DNA from: a virus
Lineage: Duplodnaviria > Caudoviricetes
Reading direction: 5' to 3' (one strand)
Length of the DNA: 64,000 bases
IMG/VR virus record: IMGVR_UViG_3300014204_000111
Location: 128,001 to 192,000 of that record
In this document: positions 1-9,667 of the stretch, in pieces
How the letters are laid out: every line of letters starts with the position of its first letter
Numbering within the stretch: position 1 is the stretch's first letter
Made by a program: the position numbers and the translations under genes
The notes under the pieces: model-generated
The model's database searches: none
Told to the model about the DNA's origin: nothing
The model's input: only the letters and a program-made list of their open reading frames with translations

Positions 1-3
1 ATT

Positions 4-468
4 ATGAAGTTTCAAAATATTACAGCAGAACAACAAACAGAAATTGATACCTTTTTTAAGGATGTAAAAAAGATTGTAAATGATGCTATTAAAGAAATTA
101 CAAAAGAAACAGATGAAAAATTAAAGATTAGAAATACTTGTTTCGTTATGTCTACTATAGCTCAGAATAGAAAGGTATTATATTCAAATCCTATTATGAA
201 GAGTCTAAATGAGAAAGAAATTAAATCTATCTCCTCTTTATTTGATAAGCATATGGACTCTTTACGAAAAGTGTGTGGTTCTGACATTATGAAGAATGAT
301 GAATTTACTGGCGACCCAAAAATGGATTATGCTCTTTTAACCGGGGTAGCAAAACGAGTGTCACAAGAGGAGTATGATGCTAATATGAAAATAATCATAG
401 ATAAAAAACGTGCTACATTAACTCCTCGTTGTAGAAATGTAGAACAATCTATAGATTTGGAGTTTTAA
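4..468 (+). CDS. hypothetical protein (C-terminus IDLEF)
   Basis: 154-aa ORF abutting the next gene; no recognisable motif. Confidence 0.7.
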   Translation: MKFQNITAEQQTEIDTFFKDVKKIVNDAIKEITKETDEKLKIRNTCFVMSTIAQNRKVLYSNPIMKSLNEKEIKSISSLFDKHMDSLRKVCGSDIMKNDEFTGDPKMDYALLTGVAKRVSQEEYDANMKIIIDKKRATLTPRCRNVEQSIDLEF

Positions 469-915
469 ATGAAATTAGAAATTAATAGTAATCCTTCTTT
501 GTCAGATATGGCAGATGTTATAGATAAAAGAGGGACTGTATCTATAAAAAGAACGCAAGGTTCAACAATAAAATTTGCGCAACATTGTTTAGAGGTTTCT
601 TTACGAAGTGTCGATAAAGATACATTAGAAGTTATAAAGGCGTGTTTTGGAGGAACCGTTACTGTTCATGATGCAAGAAATTCTAAAAATATCATGTATG
701 AGTGGAAATTATTGTCACATAAAGCAGCAGACTTTTTAAAAAATATTAGAACTTATATCAAAGAAAAATTAGGTCAAATAGACATTGCTCTTAAATTTGC
801 GGAGTCAATAGTTTTAAATAAGAGAAAAATGATTAGTCAGTTAGAATATGATACTAGAGAACAATATCGTTTAGATTTAATCAAACTAAATAAATCTCAA
901 AGAGAAAGTAAATGA
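469..915 (+). CDS. single-domain LAGLIDADG-like protein, degenerate motif
   Basis: MADVIDKRGTVSI in the LAGLIDADG position, then FGG-V, YEWKL, FLKNIRTYIKEK-GQ as in phage LAGLIDADG proteins; parallels ORF 36320-37324. Confidence 0.65.
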   Translation: MKLEINSNPSLSDMADVIDKRGTVSIKRTQGSTIKFAQHCLEVSLRSVDKDTLEVIKACFGGTVTVHDARNSKNIMYEWKLLSHKAADFLKNIRTYIKEKLGQIDIALKFAESIVLNKRKMISQLEYDTREQYRLDLIKLNKSQRESK

Positions 916-1151
916 CTGCTCTAATTATTATAGGATATTTTATTATAGGAATTATTTGTGCTATTTTTGGAAATATATATGTGACAATAAATAAATTTGA
1001 ATCATATAGCAGTTCAGGAATAGTCTTTGCTTTGATAGTAATATGGCCTGTACTAATCTTTATCGTTACTATGGTTTATTGTTCTAAAGTTATATTTAAT
1101 TTTATTTCATTTATTTCTGATTTAATTATAGACAAATGGGAGAAAAAATGA
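912..1151 (+). CDS. small membrane protein
   Basis: two hydrophobic stretches, IWPV motif. Confidence 0.65.
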   Translation: MTALIIIGYFIIGIICAIFGNIYVTINKFESYSSSGIVFALIVIWPVLIFIVTMVYCSKVIFNFISFISDLIIDKWEKK

Positions 1152-1381
1152 TATTTATTATAATTTGGCTAATTGGATGGCTTTGGACTTCTATATTCTT
1201 TTACCTAGGAACCATAGATACTGCTAAAAGAGAAAATGTCTTATATGGACAAGAAAAGGTTTTAATTATATCTCTTATTGTGTGCTCTTTATTCTGGCCT
1301 ATTGTAGCATTAACGATGGCTACTTCTTTCTTTATAATGTTTTTTAGAAAGATGTTTAAGCACCCGCAAGACGGGGTATAA
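1148..1381 (+). CDS. small membrane protein, similar layout to the previous gene
   Basis: two hydrophobic stretches, FWPI motif; ATGA overlap favours start at 1148. Confidence 0.6.
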   Translation: MIFIIIWLIGWLWTSIFFYLGTIDTAKRENVLYGQEKVLIISLIVCSLFWPIVALTMATSFFIMFFRKMFKHPQDGV

Positions 1382-1382
1382 T
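1373..1382 (+). promoter_or_regulatory. GGG-TATAAT promoter (-10), leadered transcript
   Basis: GGGGTATAAT followed by GAGGTG RBS and ATG 1400. Confidence 0.55.
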
Positions 1383-1399
1383 ATTCTCAGAGGTGCATT

Positions 1400-1876
1400 A
1401 TGGATAAAATAACTGTCAAGGTGGGAGACAAAGAAATTGAAATTGAGACTAAACCCATCACATTAATATGCAAAGATAAACATATGATTGAAGATGTTAA
1501 AATGCCCAATGATATTTATGTAATTGATGCAGAAAAGACTCTTAATCATAGTCGTAATATTAGTATATTACAGTCTAAAACTATCGATTTTGTTTCTATA
1601 GTTTTCAGAAACGAAAAAGGGAAAGAACAATTTGATAGAAAAAAATTGATGGATGATACACATAATTATCTTGCTCTACAAGGTATTGGATTTCAACATG
1701 TGGTTGGTATGATAGATTTAATGTTAACAAATTTATATGCAGGTAAGAGATTTTCTTTAAAATATCCAGAATCTTATCTTCATCCAGCTTTTCAGGCTAA
1801 TTTAGCTGATATGATAATAGCATTTCAAAAATTTACAACAACATTACCTGATATTGGAAGTGATTTAAATGTCTAA
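1400..1876 (+). CDS. protein resembling the C-terminal half of an ABC/AAA_21-type ATPase
   Basis: GIGFQHVV then KYPESYLHPAFQANLADMI resembles signature plus Walker B/D-loop (EEPE-HLHP--Q--LAD); no Walker A. Confidence 0.45.
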   Translation: MDKITVKVGDKEIEIETKPITLICKDKHMIEDVKMPNDIYVIDAEKTLNHSRNISILQSKTIDFVSIVFRNEKGKEQFDRKKLMDDTHNYLALQGIGFQHVVGMIDLMLTNLYAGKRFSLKYPESYLHPAFQANLADMIIAFQKFTTTLPDIGSDLNV

Positions 1877-2126
1877 TTCGTTATCAAGAGTTTTTCGTCT
1901 CTTTTTTGATAAACTAGGTGGAACAATAGAAATAGCGCCTAGTACAGATGAAACAATGATAAGTTTAGTAGTTAAGGATTCTTCAGGAGCAGTAATCAAG
2001 TTTCCTGATTTAGATGAAAATGATTTGACAGATATTCTGTTACTCTTTAGTAAAGTAGAAACAGATATGGCTCAGAGGGTATATAAGAAAGTTAACCCTC
2101 AAACTAACACTGACGTAAAAGTTTAA
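1869..2126 (+). CDS. hypothetical protein
   Basis: 85-aa ORF overlapping the upstream gene. Confidence 0.6.
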   Translation: MSNSLSRVFRLFFDKLGGTIEIAPSTDETMISLVVKDSSGAVIKFPDLDENDLTDILLLFSKVETDMAQRVYKKVNPQTNTDVKV

Positions 2127-2156
2127 CGAATTCGTTAAATATTACTATATTATAAT
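2122..2156 (+). promoter_or_regulatory. perfect 18-bp palindrome (operator-like) upstream of TATAAT
   Basis: TTTAACGAATTCGTTAAA at 2122-2139; TATAAT 2151-2156; AGGAGG RBS before 2174. Confidence 0.5.
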
Positions 2157-2173
2157 TTTAGGAGGGCATCATT

Positions 2174-2608
2174 ATGTCTTACCACGAAGAATTGAAAGGA
2201 AGAGAGTTGGCTCTTTTCCATTTTGACAGAATCAATCGGATTCCTATTAATAGTAGAGCGCATCCGTTCTTGGTTCCACGACACGTTCCTGTTCTTACCA
2301 CAGACACAATTTGTGTAAAGAAAGAGGGAGAAAAGTATCGAATCGGAGTTGCTATTCAATCTTATTTGGATATGCCTTGGCGTAAGAAGGGAAATCAAGA
2401 AGCTTATGAACGAGTTACTGAGAAACATGAATCTACCGTACTCGTCTCTCTTGATGAAATTCCAGATACAATTGTTAATATTCTTAATTCTCCTCCTGTT
2501 TGTAAGTTAGACTATCAAAGTATCATCATCGGTAGATTGGGCTATGACCTTGCAAACACTCTTGAATTTGTTGGTAGAATTACTGCAAATCTTGTGGAGA
2601 AAGTATAA
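2174..2608 (+). CDS. hypothetical protein
   Basis: strong AGGAGG RBS; 144 aa. Confidence 0.75.
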   Translation: MSYHEELKGRELALFHFDRINRIPINSRAHPFLVPRHVPVLTTDTICVKKEGEKYRIGVAIQSYLDMPWRKKGNQEAYERVTEKHESTVLVSLDEIPDTIVNILNSPPVCKLDYQSIIIGRLGYDLANTLEFVGRITANLVEKV

Positions 2609-2892
2609 TGGAAGAATTTATCATTGATTTTAAAGAGACTAAGCAGGTTGCATTTATCTTTAAATGTCCTTCTACGTTCAATTTAGCACAAGCTGACATT
2701 GTTCTAAAGGGACTCCAAAGAAAAGGTGCATATATTCAGTCCGGCTATATGGCCGGACAAAATCCTCCTGCATTATGGTTTATTTGTTTCGAACATGAAG
2801 CTGAAGATTTTAAGAAAATAGCTCAGGAACTTGTTAAACAAGTAATACAACAAAAAGAATATGAAAGATTAAAAAGACAATTGGGAGTGTAA
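2608..2892 (+). CDS. hypothetical protein
   Basis: TAATG coupling, GGAG RBS. Confidence 0.7.
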   Translation: MEEFIIDFKETKQVAFIFKCPSTFNLAQADIVLKGLQRKGAYIQSGYMAGQNPPALWFICFEHEAEDFKKIAQELVKQVIQQKEYERLKRQLGV

Positions 2893-3627
2893 ATGAATAT
2901 TATTGCAGTAATGGGAGGGGCAGGAAGTGGAAAGTCAACATTTTCTACTATAGGTACATTATATCAATGGAATACAGAACAAGTAGGCGTTGGGCTAAAA
3001 AAGATAGATAAATATATTTATAAAACCTTTACAGATATTCCTTCATTAACAGAAACTTTTATTAATAATCCTGTTGAAATTTTAGAAAGTGGAGTTGTTA
3101 CTTCCTCTTTATCTCAAGAACAGATTAAAGTAATGAAAGATTGGTTCGAAGAAATCAAAATGTTTTATCCTAAAATGTATTTTCGAGATTTTATAAACAT
3201 TGTTTCTGAAGGATTGAATTGGTATAATAATACTCCAATTATTGTTCATAACGGGAAAAGAAGGAATGCTCTTCAATATATTGGAACATATATGAGAGAC
3301 AAGTATTCTCCAGATATTCATATTGATGGGGTAGTTAATTATATATATCAAACAAATTATCAAAATTGGGTGATTAGTAGTGTAAGATATTTGAATGAAA
3401 TTGAGGCTTTACAACGAGCCTCTCAATCATTTAAAGTAGTATTAATTAATGGTTCTAGAGAACCTTTGACAGAAGAAGCATCTCAACATCCAAGTGAAAC
3501 AGAATGGAAATCTTGGATAACAAATCATCCAGGTGAATATATTATAATTGATAATGACTCAACTCTTCATAATTTTATCATTAAATGTAGTAATTATTTT
3601 GGAGGACTTAATGCAAATTCGGACTAA
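2893..3627 (+). CDS. deoxynucleoside monophosphate kinase (T4 gp1-like)
   Basis: P-loop GGAGSGKST, RNALQYIGT-MR, ISSVRYLNE, HPSETE, IDNDST. Confidence 0.8.
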   Translation: MNIIAVMGGAGSGKSTFSTIGTLYQWNTEQVGVGLKKIDKYIYKTFTDIPSLTETFINNPVEILESGVVTSSLSQEQIKVMKDWFEEIKMFYPKMYFRDFINIVSEGLNWYNNTPIIVHNGKRRNALQYIGTYMRDKYSPDIHIDGVVNYIYQTNYQNWVISSVRYLNEIEALQRASQSFKVVLINGSREPLTEEASQHPSETEWKSWITNHPGEYIIIDNDSTLHNFIIKCSNYFGGLNANSD

Positions 3628-3841
3628 AGATTTTAATGGTAAGCCATTACGTACTTTTAGTGTTACTTATTCTTCAGACCAAGACGGTTATGTTATTGAA
3701 ATGATTGATTTAGAATCAAGAGTAGAGGTACAAGCTGTTTTTGATAAACGACAAATTATGGATTTAATTTTGGGTATGGCTCAACAATTACCCTTAATTG
3801 GAGAGGGTGTGGAAGCTGCTCCTCAAGAAATAGAGATATGA
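3611..3841 (+). CDS. hypothetical protein
   Basis: GGAGG RBS directly upstream of ATG 3611, preferred over 3548. Confidence 0.65.
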   Translation: MQIRTKDFNGKPLRTFSVTYSSDQDGYVIEMIDLESRVEVQAVFDKRQIMDLILGMAQQLPLIGEGVEAAPQEIEI

Positions 3842-4182
3842 TAACTATATTGTTTACTGGTAAATTAAAATATACTAGACCTGTTATATTAGATATGATT
3901 AAAGAGAAAAATGCAGAACTTCTGAATAAAGGTGATTCCAATGTATTTAATTACCATCACACTAAAATATCTTCTCTTTATGATTTTGGTTACATTGATT
4001 ATCTCGTAGAGGGAAGTAATAATAGAGGAGTAATATCCTCTAAATCTAAGTTAGCAAGAGCTTATAATAGTTTGATGTCTCGACATAAAGTAAATATAAT
4101 AGGAGAAGAAGAATTTTGGCAATTATTTAAGTATAATACCTCTAAACTTTTTATGCCAGAAAACGTAGATTTAGAAATATGA
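3838..4182 (+). CDS. stand-alone BRCT-domain protein
   Basis: ILFTGKL-YTR...DYLVEG...SK-KLA...NIIGEEEF matches the ligase-type BRCT pattern. Confidence 0.7.
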   Translation: MITILFTGKLKYTRPVILDMIKEKNAELLNKGDSNVFNYHHTKISSLYDFGYIDYLVEGSNNRGVISSKSKLARAYNSLMSRHKVNIIGEEEFWQLFKYNTSKLFMPENVDLEI

Positions 4183-4625
4183 TTTATTTAAAAGAAAAAA
4201 AAATAGTATTAGTAGGAAAATTGTTTACTACACAGACTGAGATAAAACAGTTATTTCGTAATCAACAATCAGATATTTATAGTAAATTATCCAATTTTCA
4301 TAATCGACACGAATTATCGTGGGCTAGTCCTTATAATTTGAAAAAATTACGGCCAGAAGATAAAGTTATAGATTTTTATACTATACAAGGTAGTTTGCCA
4401 ACAGTAATATTAAGATATCACCTTAATCATACGGCATATGTTGCTCTTGGCAAGAATCCTAAAACTTTATTATTTAACAAGTGGGATACTATTATCAACA
4501 AAACATGTTATAAAAATCAGTGGAATGAGCCTCTTAGTTTTATAAATGATATACAATTAAAAAATTTACTTTTTAAAGGGGCAATAATATCGGATATTCC
4601 TTCTTCTTCTGATTTAGATATTTAA
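4179..4625 (+). CDS. divergent BRCT-like protein
   Basis: KKIVLVGKL-TT...TAYVALGKNP...FINDIQL. Confidence 0.5.
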   Translation: MIYLKEKKIVLVGKLFTTQTEIKQLFRNQQSDIYSKLSNFHNRHELSWASPYNLKKLRPEDKVIDFYTIQGSLPTVILRYHLNHTAYVALGKNPKTLLFNKWDTIINKTCYKNQWNEPLSFINDIQLKNLLFKGAIISDIPSSSDLDI

Positions 4626-4646
4626 GTTATTATTATTTTTAATTTT

Positions 4647-4671
4647 AGGACGCTGAGGCGTCCTTTTTTTT
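4647..4671 (+). terminator. intrinsic terminator
   Basis: AGGACGC-TGAG-GCGTCCT followed by a T run. Confidence 0.85.
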
Positions 4672-4688
4672 GGGTAAAATACAATATG
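4672..4688 (+). promoter_or_regulatory. leaderless promoter GGG-TAAAAT-N5-ATG
   Basis: recurrent motif, directly after a terminator. Confidence 0.7.
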
Positions 4689-4829
4689 CATAATATAAAT
4701 TCAAAACCAACTATGATTGTTGAAGCTAAGATTATAAGAGCAAACGGAAAAATAGAAAATCTTGGGGTTATTTCTGGCCCTTGGTATCTTAGATTTTGGT
4801 CTAAAATCAAACATATATTTGGGAGATAA
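4686..4829 (+). CDS. 47-aa protein missing from the ORF track (MHNINSKPTMIVEAKIIRANGKIENLGVISGPW...)
   Basis: starts at the promoter-defined ATG and ends 3 nt before the next gene. Confidence 0.65.
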   Translation: MHNINSKPTMIVEAKIIRANGKIENLGVISGPWYLRFWSKIKHIFGR

Positions 4830-4832
4830 TAA

Positions 4833-5228
4833 ATGGCAACTGTTACAGTATTTACAGATTCTGGTAAAACGGTAGTTACAACAGCTCTTGTTTCAGGAGT
4901 AACTCCATATATTCATTGGGGAACTGGTACTAATGGTGGAGCAACTGTGGATGATTCAGCTTTAGAAACTCCAGGTAACGAAGATAGAGTATTAGGAACA
5001 GAATCTTTGGTTAATGGAGGTGTAGCAGATGACACATATCAAGTAGTTGGAACATTAACTTGTGACTCTACTGCTAAGGCTATTACTGAAGCAGGAATAT
5101 TTACAACTGCTGGTTCAGGTGGCCCACCTAAAACTGGTGGAGTATTATTTCTCTATTCTACATTTAGCGCTATTAACGTAGCAGAAAATGACCAAATTGA
5201 ATTTACATTTAAAATGAGATTTACTTAA
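4833..5228 (+). CDS. putative virion structural protein
   Basis: TDSGK...IHWGTG...ITEAGIF...FSAINV...IEFTFK pattern seen in tail/baseplate-associated beta proteins. Confidence 0.6.
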   Translation: MATVTVFTDSGKTVVTTALVSGVTPYIHWGTGTNGGATVDDSALETPGNEDRVLGTESLVNGGVADDTYQVVGTLTCDSTAKAITEAGIFTTAGSGGPPKTGGVLFLYSTFSAINVAENDQIEFTFKMRFT

Positions 5229-5262
5229 AAACAATGGACATAACATAATGTTCATTCCTACC

Positions 5263-5294
5263 TCTCTTGAGATGATTTTGTTCATCTCAAGAGA
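5263..5294. terminator. 13-bp perfect hairpin, probable terminator or processing site
   Basis: TCTCTTGAGATGA-TTTTGT-TCATCTCAAGAGA, intergenic; no long U-tract. Confidence 0.55.
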
Positions 5295-5324
5295 ATTAAT
5301 ACGTACAATTGGGTGGAATATTTT

Positions 5325-6836
5325 ATGTTAGTACAATCTGTTCAATCTGTTACTGTAGAGACTAATAAAGATAGTATTAATACAAGTATCTCTTTAGATA
5401 TGTCCTTGGATGGTAGTCCTTGGTGTAAAGTTTCAACTACAAGTATTTTAGACCCTTATACCCTAGATTTATCTTTAGATGGTACTCCTTGGACAGGAGT
5501 TGTAGGTACTCAATTTCAAGCACTTATAAAATTTACAAAAATATATAATAATGTTACTTCTAATATTGTTAATAATATTATACGTAAAATTGCAGCTATT
5601 AAAGATATTAACATTCTTATTCTACTAAGTATTATTACTACACTAATTAAAGTTGGTGGAGAACTTTTCTATCAAATTTGTGACGTAGTATCTACAAGTT
5701 TAGAATCTCTACTAAATAAAACAAAAACTTCAAAAATTTTGACTATAAGTACGATACAGTCTTTATCGAAAAATATCTCCGTATCTCGCGCTATTAATTT
5801 AATTATCATCAATACTCTTCACAATTATATAGCAATTTCAAAACTTTGTACATTGTTTGTTTCTCAAAATATCACCAATAATATCAAAAATATCAAAGAT
5901 ATTACTTGTAATATATTGACAACATCTAATAAATTAAATAAAATAATTAGAACAATAACTAATATCATAACAATTTCTCGTCAACTGTTTGTGACAACAT
6001 CTCTTCTAACAATAGTAAATACATCTACAATATTTAATATATTAGTAAAAACTTCTAAAGATATTATCGTTAATATTTCCAAAAAAGTACAAACAAAAAT
6101 TAATAAAATATGTTTGGTTATTTTAATAACTCTAAATGATATTTTATACAATGCCGTTCATACTCTATCTCAACTTTGTAGTGTTGATATTATTATTGAA
6201 TTAGTTAGTTTAAAATTAATTTGTAAAAAATCTTTAGAAACATTATCTATTGTGTACTCTATCGTAATAAAAAATATAAGTAAACTTATTCTTTTGCCAG
6301 TTATTTTATCTATGATATTAATTAAACATACATTCTTTCATTTAATTATAAACAGTAGCATAGCTATTTCAAGTTTTAGTCGTCAATTTGGAGAATTTAC
6401 CGTAACTTTAGTCGGTACTTTTATATCAAACTTAAAAATTCAAAAAATTCTTTCTGCCATTGTTAATTCTGTTGTGTCATTTAATAAATTTGTTAAAGTT
6501 ATAAGAGTAATCGTCGAAAGAATTGCTACAATGAGTTTTACTTGGATTATTGGAAGAGTTATTCCAGTCTCTTTATCTTTTAAATTACGTTATGACGATA
6601 AAAATGAAACTTGGAAGGGACAATCGGGTAAATATAGATTAATGGTTTTCAGAGTTGGGCCAATGAATATGCCTATCTCTTTAACTGGATATAAATGGTA
6701 CTTATATTATAACGGAGATTTTTTAAGGTCAGGCAAAGCTTTAACTCTTGACTCTTCACGTTTGGCTGCTCAAAGAATTGTTGATTATATTAGAAAAGCT
6801 GGATTAGAAGGTACAATAGAAGAATATAGGAAGTAA
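5325..6836 (+). CDS. Ile/Thr/Ser/Lys-rich putative virion protein
   Basis: GGG-TGGAAT-N5-ATG start; duplicated LD-SLDG-PW near the N-terminus; long biased central region. Confidence 0.6.
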   Translation: MLVQSVQSVTVETNKDSINTSISLDMSLDGSPWCKVSTTSILDPYTLDLSLDGTPWTGVVGTQFQALIKFTKIYNNVTSNIVNNIIRKIAAIKDINILILLSIITTLIKVGGELFYQICDVVSTSLESLLNKTKTSKILTISTIQSLSKNISVSRAINLIIINTLHNYIAISKLCTLFVSQNITNNIKNIKDITCNILTTSNKLNKIIRTITNIITISRQLFVTTSLLTIVNTSTIFNILVKTSKDIIVNISKKVQTKINKICLVILITLNDILYNAVHTLSQLCSVDIIIELVSLKLICKKSLETLSIVYSIVIKNISKLILLPVILSMILIKHTFFHLIINSSIAISSFSRQFGEFTVTLVGTFISNLKIQKILSAIVNSVVSFNKFVKVIRVIVERIATMSFTWIIGRVIPVSLSFKLRYDDKNETWKGQSGKYRLMVFRVGPMNMPISLTGYKWYLYYNGDFLRSGKALTLDSSRLAAQRIVDYIRKAGLEGTIEEYRK

Positions 6837-6838
6837 CT

Positions 6839-9664
6839 ATGGCTTATACAAATGCTGTCTATTTTTTAGATTATGAATTAGGTTCTGATGCAGCTCGCGC
6901 TGATTTAGTTCCATCATCTTATTCTAATAATGGAAGTGGATTAGTTCGTGTTACAGTAGGTAGCTTAGGTACACCAAATATAGTTACAGATGCAGTAGTA
7001 ACTATTGCTGGTACTACTGGAAGTATATATGCTGGTTCATGGAAAGTTACAGTTATTAATTCTACTACAATAGATTTACAAAACTCTACTTATACATCTA
7101 ATCCAGCTACTAAAGGAACCTGTGTCCCATTTGGAGGTGATTCATGGGCTAATGCATGGAAAACTATCACTACAGGTGCAACATCAACAAGAATAGCGGC
7201 TGGTGATACTGTACGTATTGCTAAATCTCCAGCTCCAATAAATACTGGAGTTACAGGAAAATGGACAGCAGGCCCAGTAGGTGCTTCTGTTTATATAACT
7301 GGGACAAGTAATAATGCGGGGTCAATTAGAATCACGGCTGCTGGACATGGATTAGTTACTGGTGATGTAGTTTATATTACTGGTGTGTATGGTACATTAG
7401 AAGCAAATGGTGCATGGCTAGTAACTTATGACAGTGCTACTCAATTTACCTTACAAAATTCTGTTTATACTAACGCTTGGTCATATGGTGGTACAGTAAA
7501 AAATATAAATGCTAATGCTGTAATATTATCATCTGCTTTAACCACTACTATTGATAATTGTGAATCTCCTGCTGGTTTAGATGATTGGGTTTCAAAAAAT
7601 AGCTCAGCAGTTGCTCATGTACACGTTCCTGCAACAGACGGAAAACAAGGTGATACATGTATGCAAATTACCTCTCCACTTATACCAGCAAAAAATACTC
7701 TTTATGCTTATAAAACTGTAAATTCATTAGATTTATCATCAAAACAAAAAATTACATTTTGGTTTAAAAATGCCGTAACTGTACTTGCTGACCAATGGAG
7801 AATATGTCTTTGTTCTGATACTGCTGGAGCTACTATTGTAGATTCGTTTATTATACCAGCGGTTGCATGTTATGATGGTTATACAATGCGTTGGCAACCA
7901 CTTACTTTATCTCAAACTGTTACTACACTTACTGGTGTAGTTTTTAGCGATGGTGGAGGTGGAAGCTCAGTTATTGGAACTTATGCTTCACATGGATTAA
8001 GAAGTGGACAATCTATTACTATTTCTGGTACTACAGATTATAATAATACTTATACTATTACGGTCACAGGTGCTGATACCTTTACTATAGCTACAGCCTG
8101 GATAGGTGGAGCTGATAATATTGGTAATATTAGATTAAACTTAGGCGCAAACATAAAGAGTGTTGCTCTTTATAGTGGTAATAATGCGACTGTACCTACA
8201 ACTAATAAATATGTTAGATTAGATAATATCCAAGCTACTACAACTAATGGAATAAATTTACAAAGTTTAATTAGTAAAAATAGTGCTGAACAAGGAGGAA
8301 CTGAAGGTTGGTATGGTATTCAATCGATTAATGGGACAGTTGTACTATTAGACCAATCTACCGCAACAAAATCAGACTCTACTTATATTAGTGGTTACTT
8401 TGGAGCTAGTGCTGCTGCTGATGCAGTATATATTAGAGAAACAATTAAAACTTCAATGGCAGCTTCTAATGGAGCTATAATACAAGCTGTACAAAATAGC
8501 GGTTCTCTTGCGGGAGGTAATATTAGTTTCTTAGGAGGTTATAATACTTCCAGTGCCAATAACTGTGATGGAGAAACTTATTTTGATGGATTAAATGGTA
8601 TGGGATATGGGATATATGCTACTGCTAAATCCTATATAACATTTAGCAATATTAATACTTATAGGTATGATACTGGTTATTATTTAACTTCTGCATCACA
8701 TTATTGTACTATTCAAAGTAGTAGTAATATAAATAATAATAGCACTACAGGATTATATGTTAATAGTTGTAATTATTTTACAATTACTGCGCTCGCTAAT
8801 ACTAATAGTAATGGAGGCGGTGGAATAGGATTTACATCTTCTCTTTATGGAACTTTTACTACTATAGGTAATGTTACAAATAATGCTGGAATAGGAATTG
8901 ATATTTACGGCATGTCATTTAGTACATTTAATACTATTACTAATGCAAGTGGTAATCAGGGAGGATTTGGAGTTTGTCTTCGTCCATTCTCTTCTTCTTT
9001 TTCTGTCAGAAATAAAATTATGAATCTTACTGCTAATTATAATTCTAACTATGGTATTCGTTTATATGACCAAGCAGATAATAATTTAATTTGCAATCTA
9101 AGTACTACCGGAAATATTACTGGTGGAGTTTATTGTGATGGACAAAATAATTATTTTCGTAATTCATTAATTAATGAATCTTCAGAAATAGTACAATTAT
9201 CATCTCAATATGATTATTATATATATTCTTGGAATCATGACCGTGTAGCTGGACATCATAAAATATTTACAGATGGCGGAACTATTGATTGTCAAGATGA
9301 TGTTGTTTATACTGCTGGAGGATTTGCTTGGAGATTTATTCCTGCGGCAACTAGAATTGCAGCATATCCATTAAAATTAAAAATTGCAGAAATTGCCGTT
9401 GTTTCTGGAAGAACTTATACAATATCAGCTTATTTAAAATTAGACCATAGCACAAATGTTGCAGCAAAACTAGTTATTCCTGGTGGATATTTAAGTGGAA
9501 TTTCTACTGATGTAACAGCAAATACTCCTACTAACACTAATTGGAATAAAGTCTCTTTAGCCGCTATTACACCAACAGAAACAGGAATATTACCAGTAGA
9601 AGTATGGGCTTGGTATGTGGCTGGATTATCGAATATTTATGTAGATACACTCTCCATAGAATAA
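6839..9664 (+). CDS. tail fibre/spike-like protein with repeated HGL-G--V-I-G modules and a beta-helix region
   Basis: three FCCH-like repeats (e.g. HGLVTGDVVYITGV), N/G-rich parallel beta-helix repeats, C-terminal beta-sandwich-like region. Confidence 0.65.
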   Translation: MAYTNAVYFLDYELGSDAARADLVPSSYSNNGSGLVRVTVGSLGTPNIVTDAVVTIAGTTGSIYAGSWKVTVINSTTIDLQNSTYTSNPATKGTCVPFGGDSWANAWKTITTGATSTRIAAGDTVRIAKSPAPINTGVTGKWTAGPVGASVYITGTSNNAGSIRITAAGHGLVTGDVVYITGVYGTLEANGAWLVTYDSATQFTLQNSVYTNAWSYGGTVKNINANAVILSSALTTTIDNCESPAGLDDWVSKNSSAVAHVHVPATDGKQGDTCMQITSPLIPAKNTLYAYKTVNSLDLSSKQKITFWFKNAVTVLADQWRICLCSDTAGATIVDSFIIPAVACYDGYTMRWQPLTLSQTVTTLTGVVFSDGGGGSSVIGTYASHGLRSGQSITISGTTDYNNTYTITVTGADTFTIATAWIGGADNIGNIRLNLGANIKSVALYSGNNATVPTTNKYVRLDNIQATTTNGINLQSLISKNSAEQGGTEGWYGIQSINGTVVLLDQSTATKSDSTYISGYFGASAAADAVYIRETIKTSMAASNGAIIQAVQNSGSLAGGNISFLGGYNTSSANNCDGETYFDGLNGMGYGIYATAKSYITFSNINTYRYDTGYYLTSASHYCTIQSSSNINNNSTTGLYVNSCNYFTITALANTNSNGGGGIGFTSSLYGTFTTIGNVTNNAGIGIDIYGMSFSTFNTITNASGNQGGFGVCLRPFSSSFSVRNKIMNLTANYNSNYGIRLYDQADNNLICNLSTTGNITGGVYCDGQNNYFRNSLINESSEIVQLSSQYDYYIYSWNHDRVAGHHKIFTDGGTIDCQDDVVYTAGGFAWRFIPAATRIAAYPLKLKIAEIAVVSGRTYTISAYLKLDHSTNVAAKLVIPGGYLSGISTDVTANTPTNTNWNKVSLAAITPTETGILPVEVWAWYVAGLSNIYVDTLSIE

Positions 9665-9667
9665 TAA

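Noticed and set aside
5325-9664. Diversity-generating retroelement target
   Set aside because: No reverse transcriptase or template/variable repeat pair seen in the window
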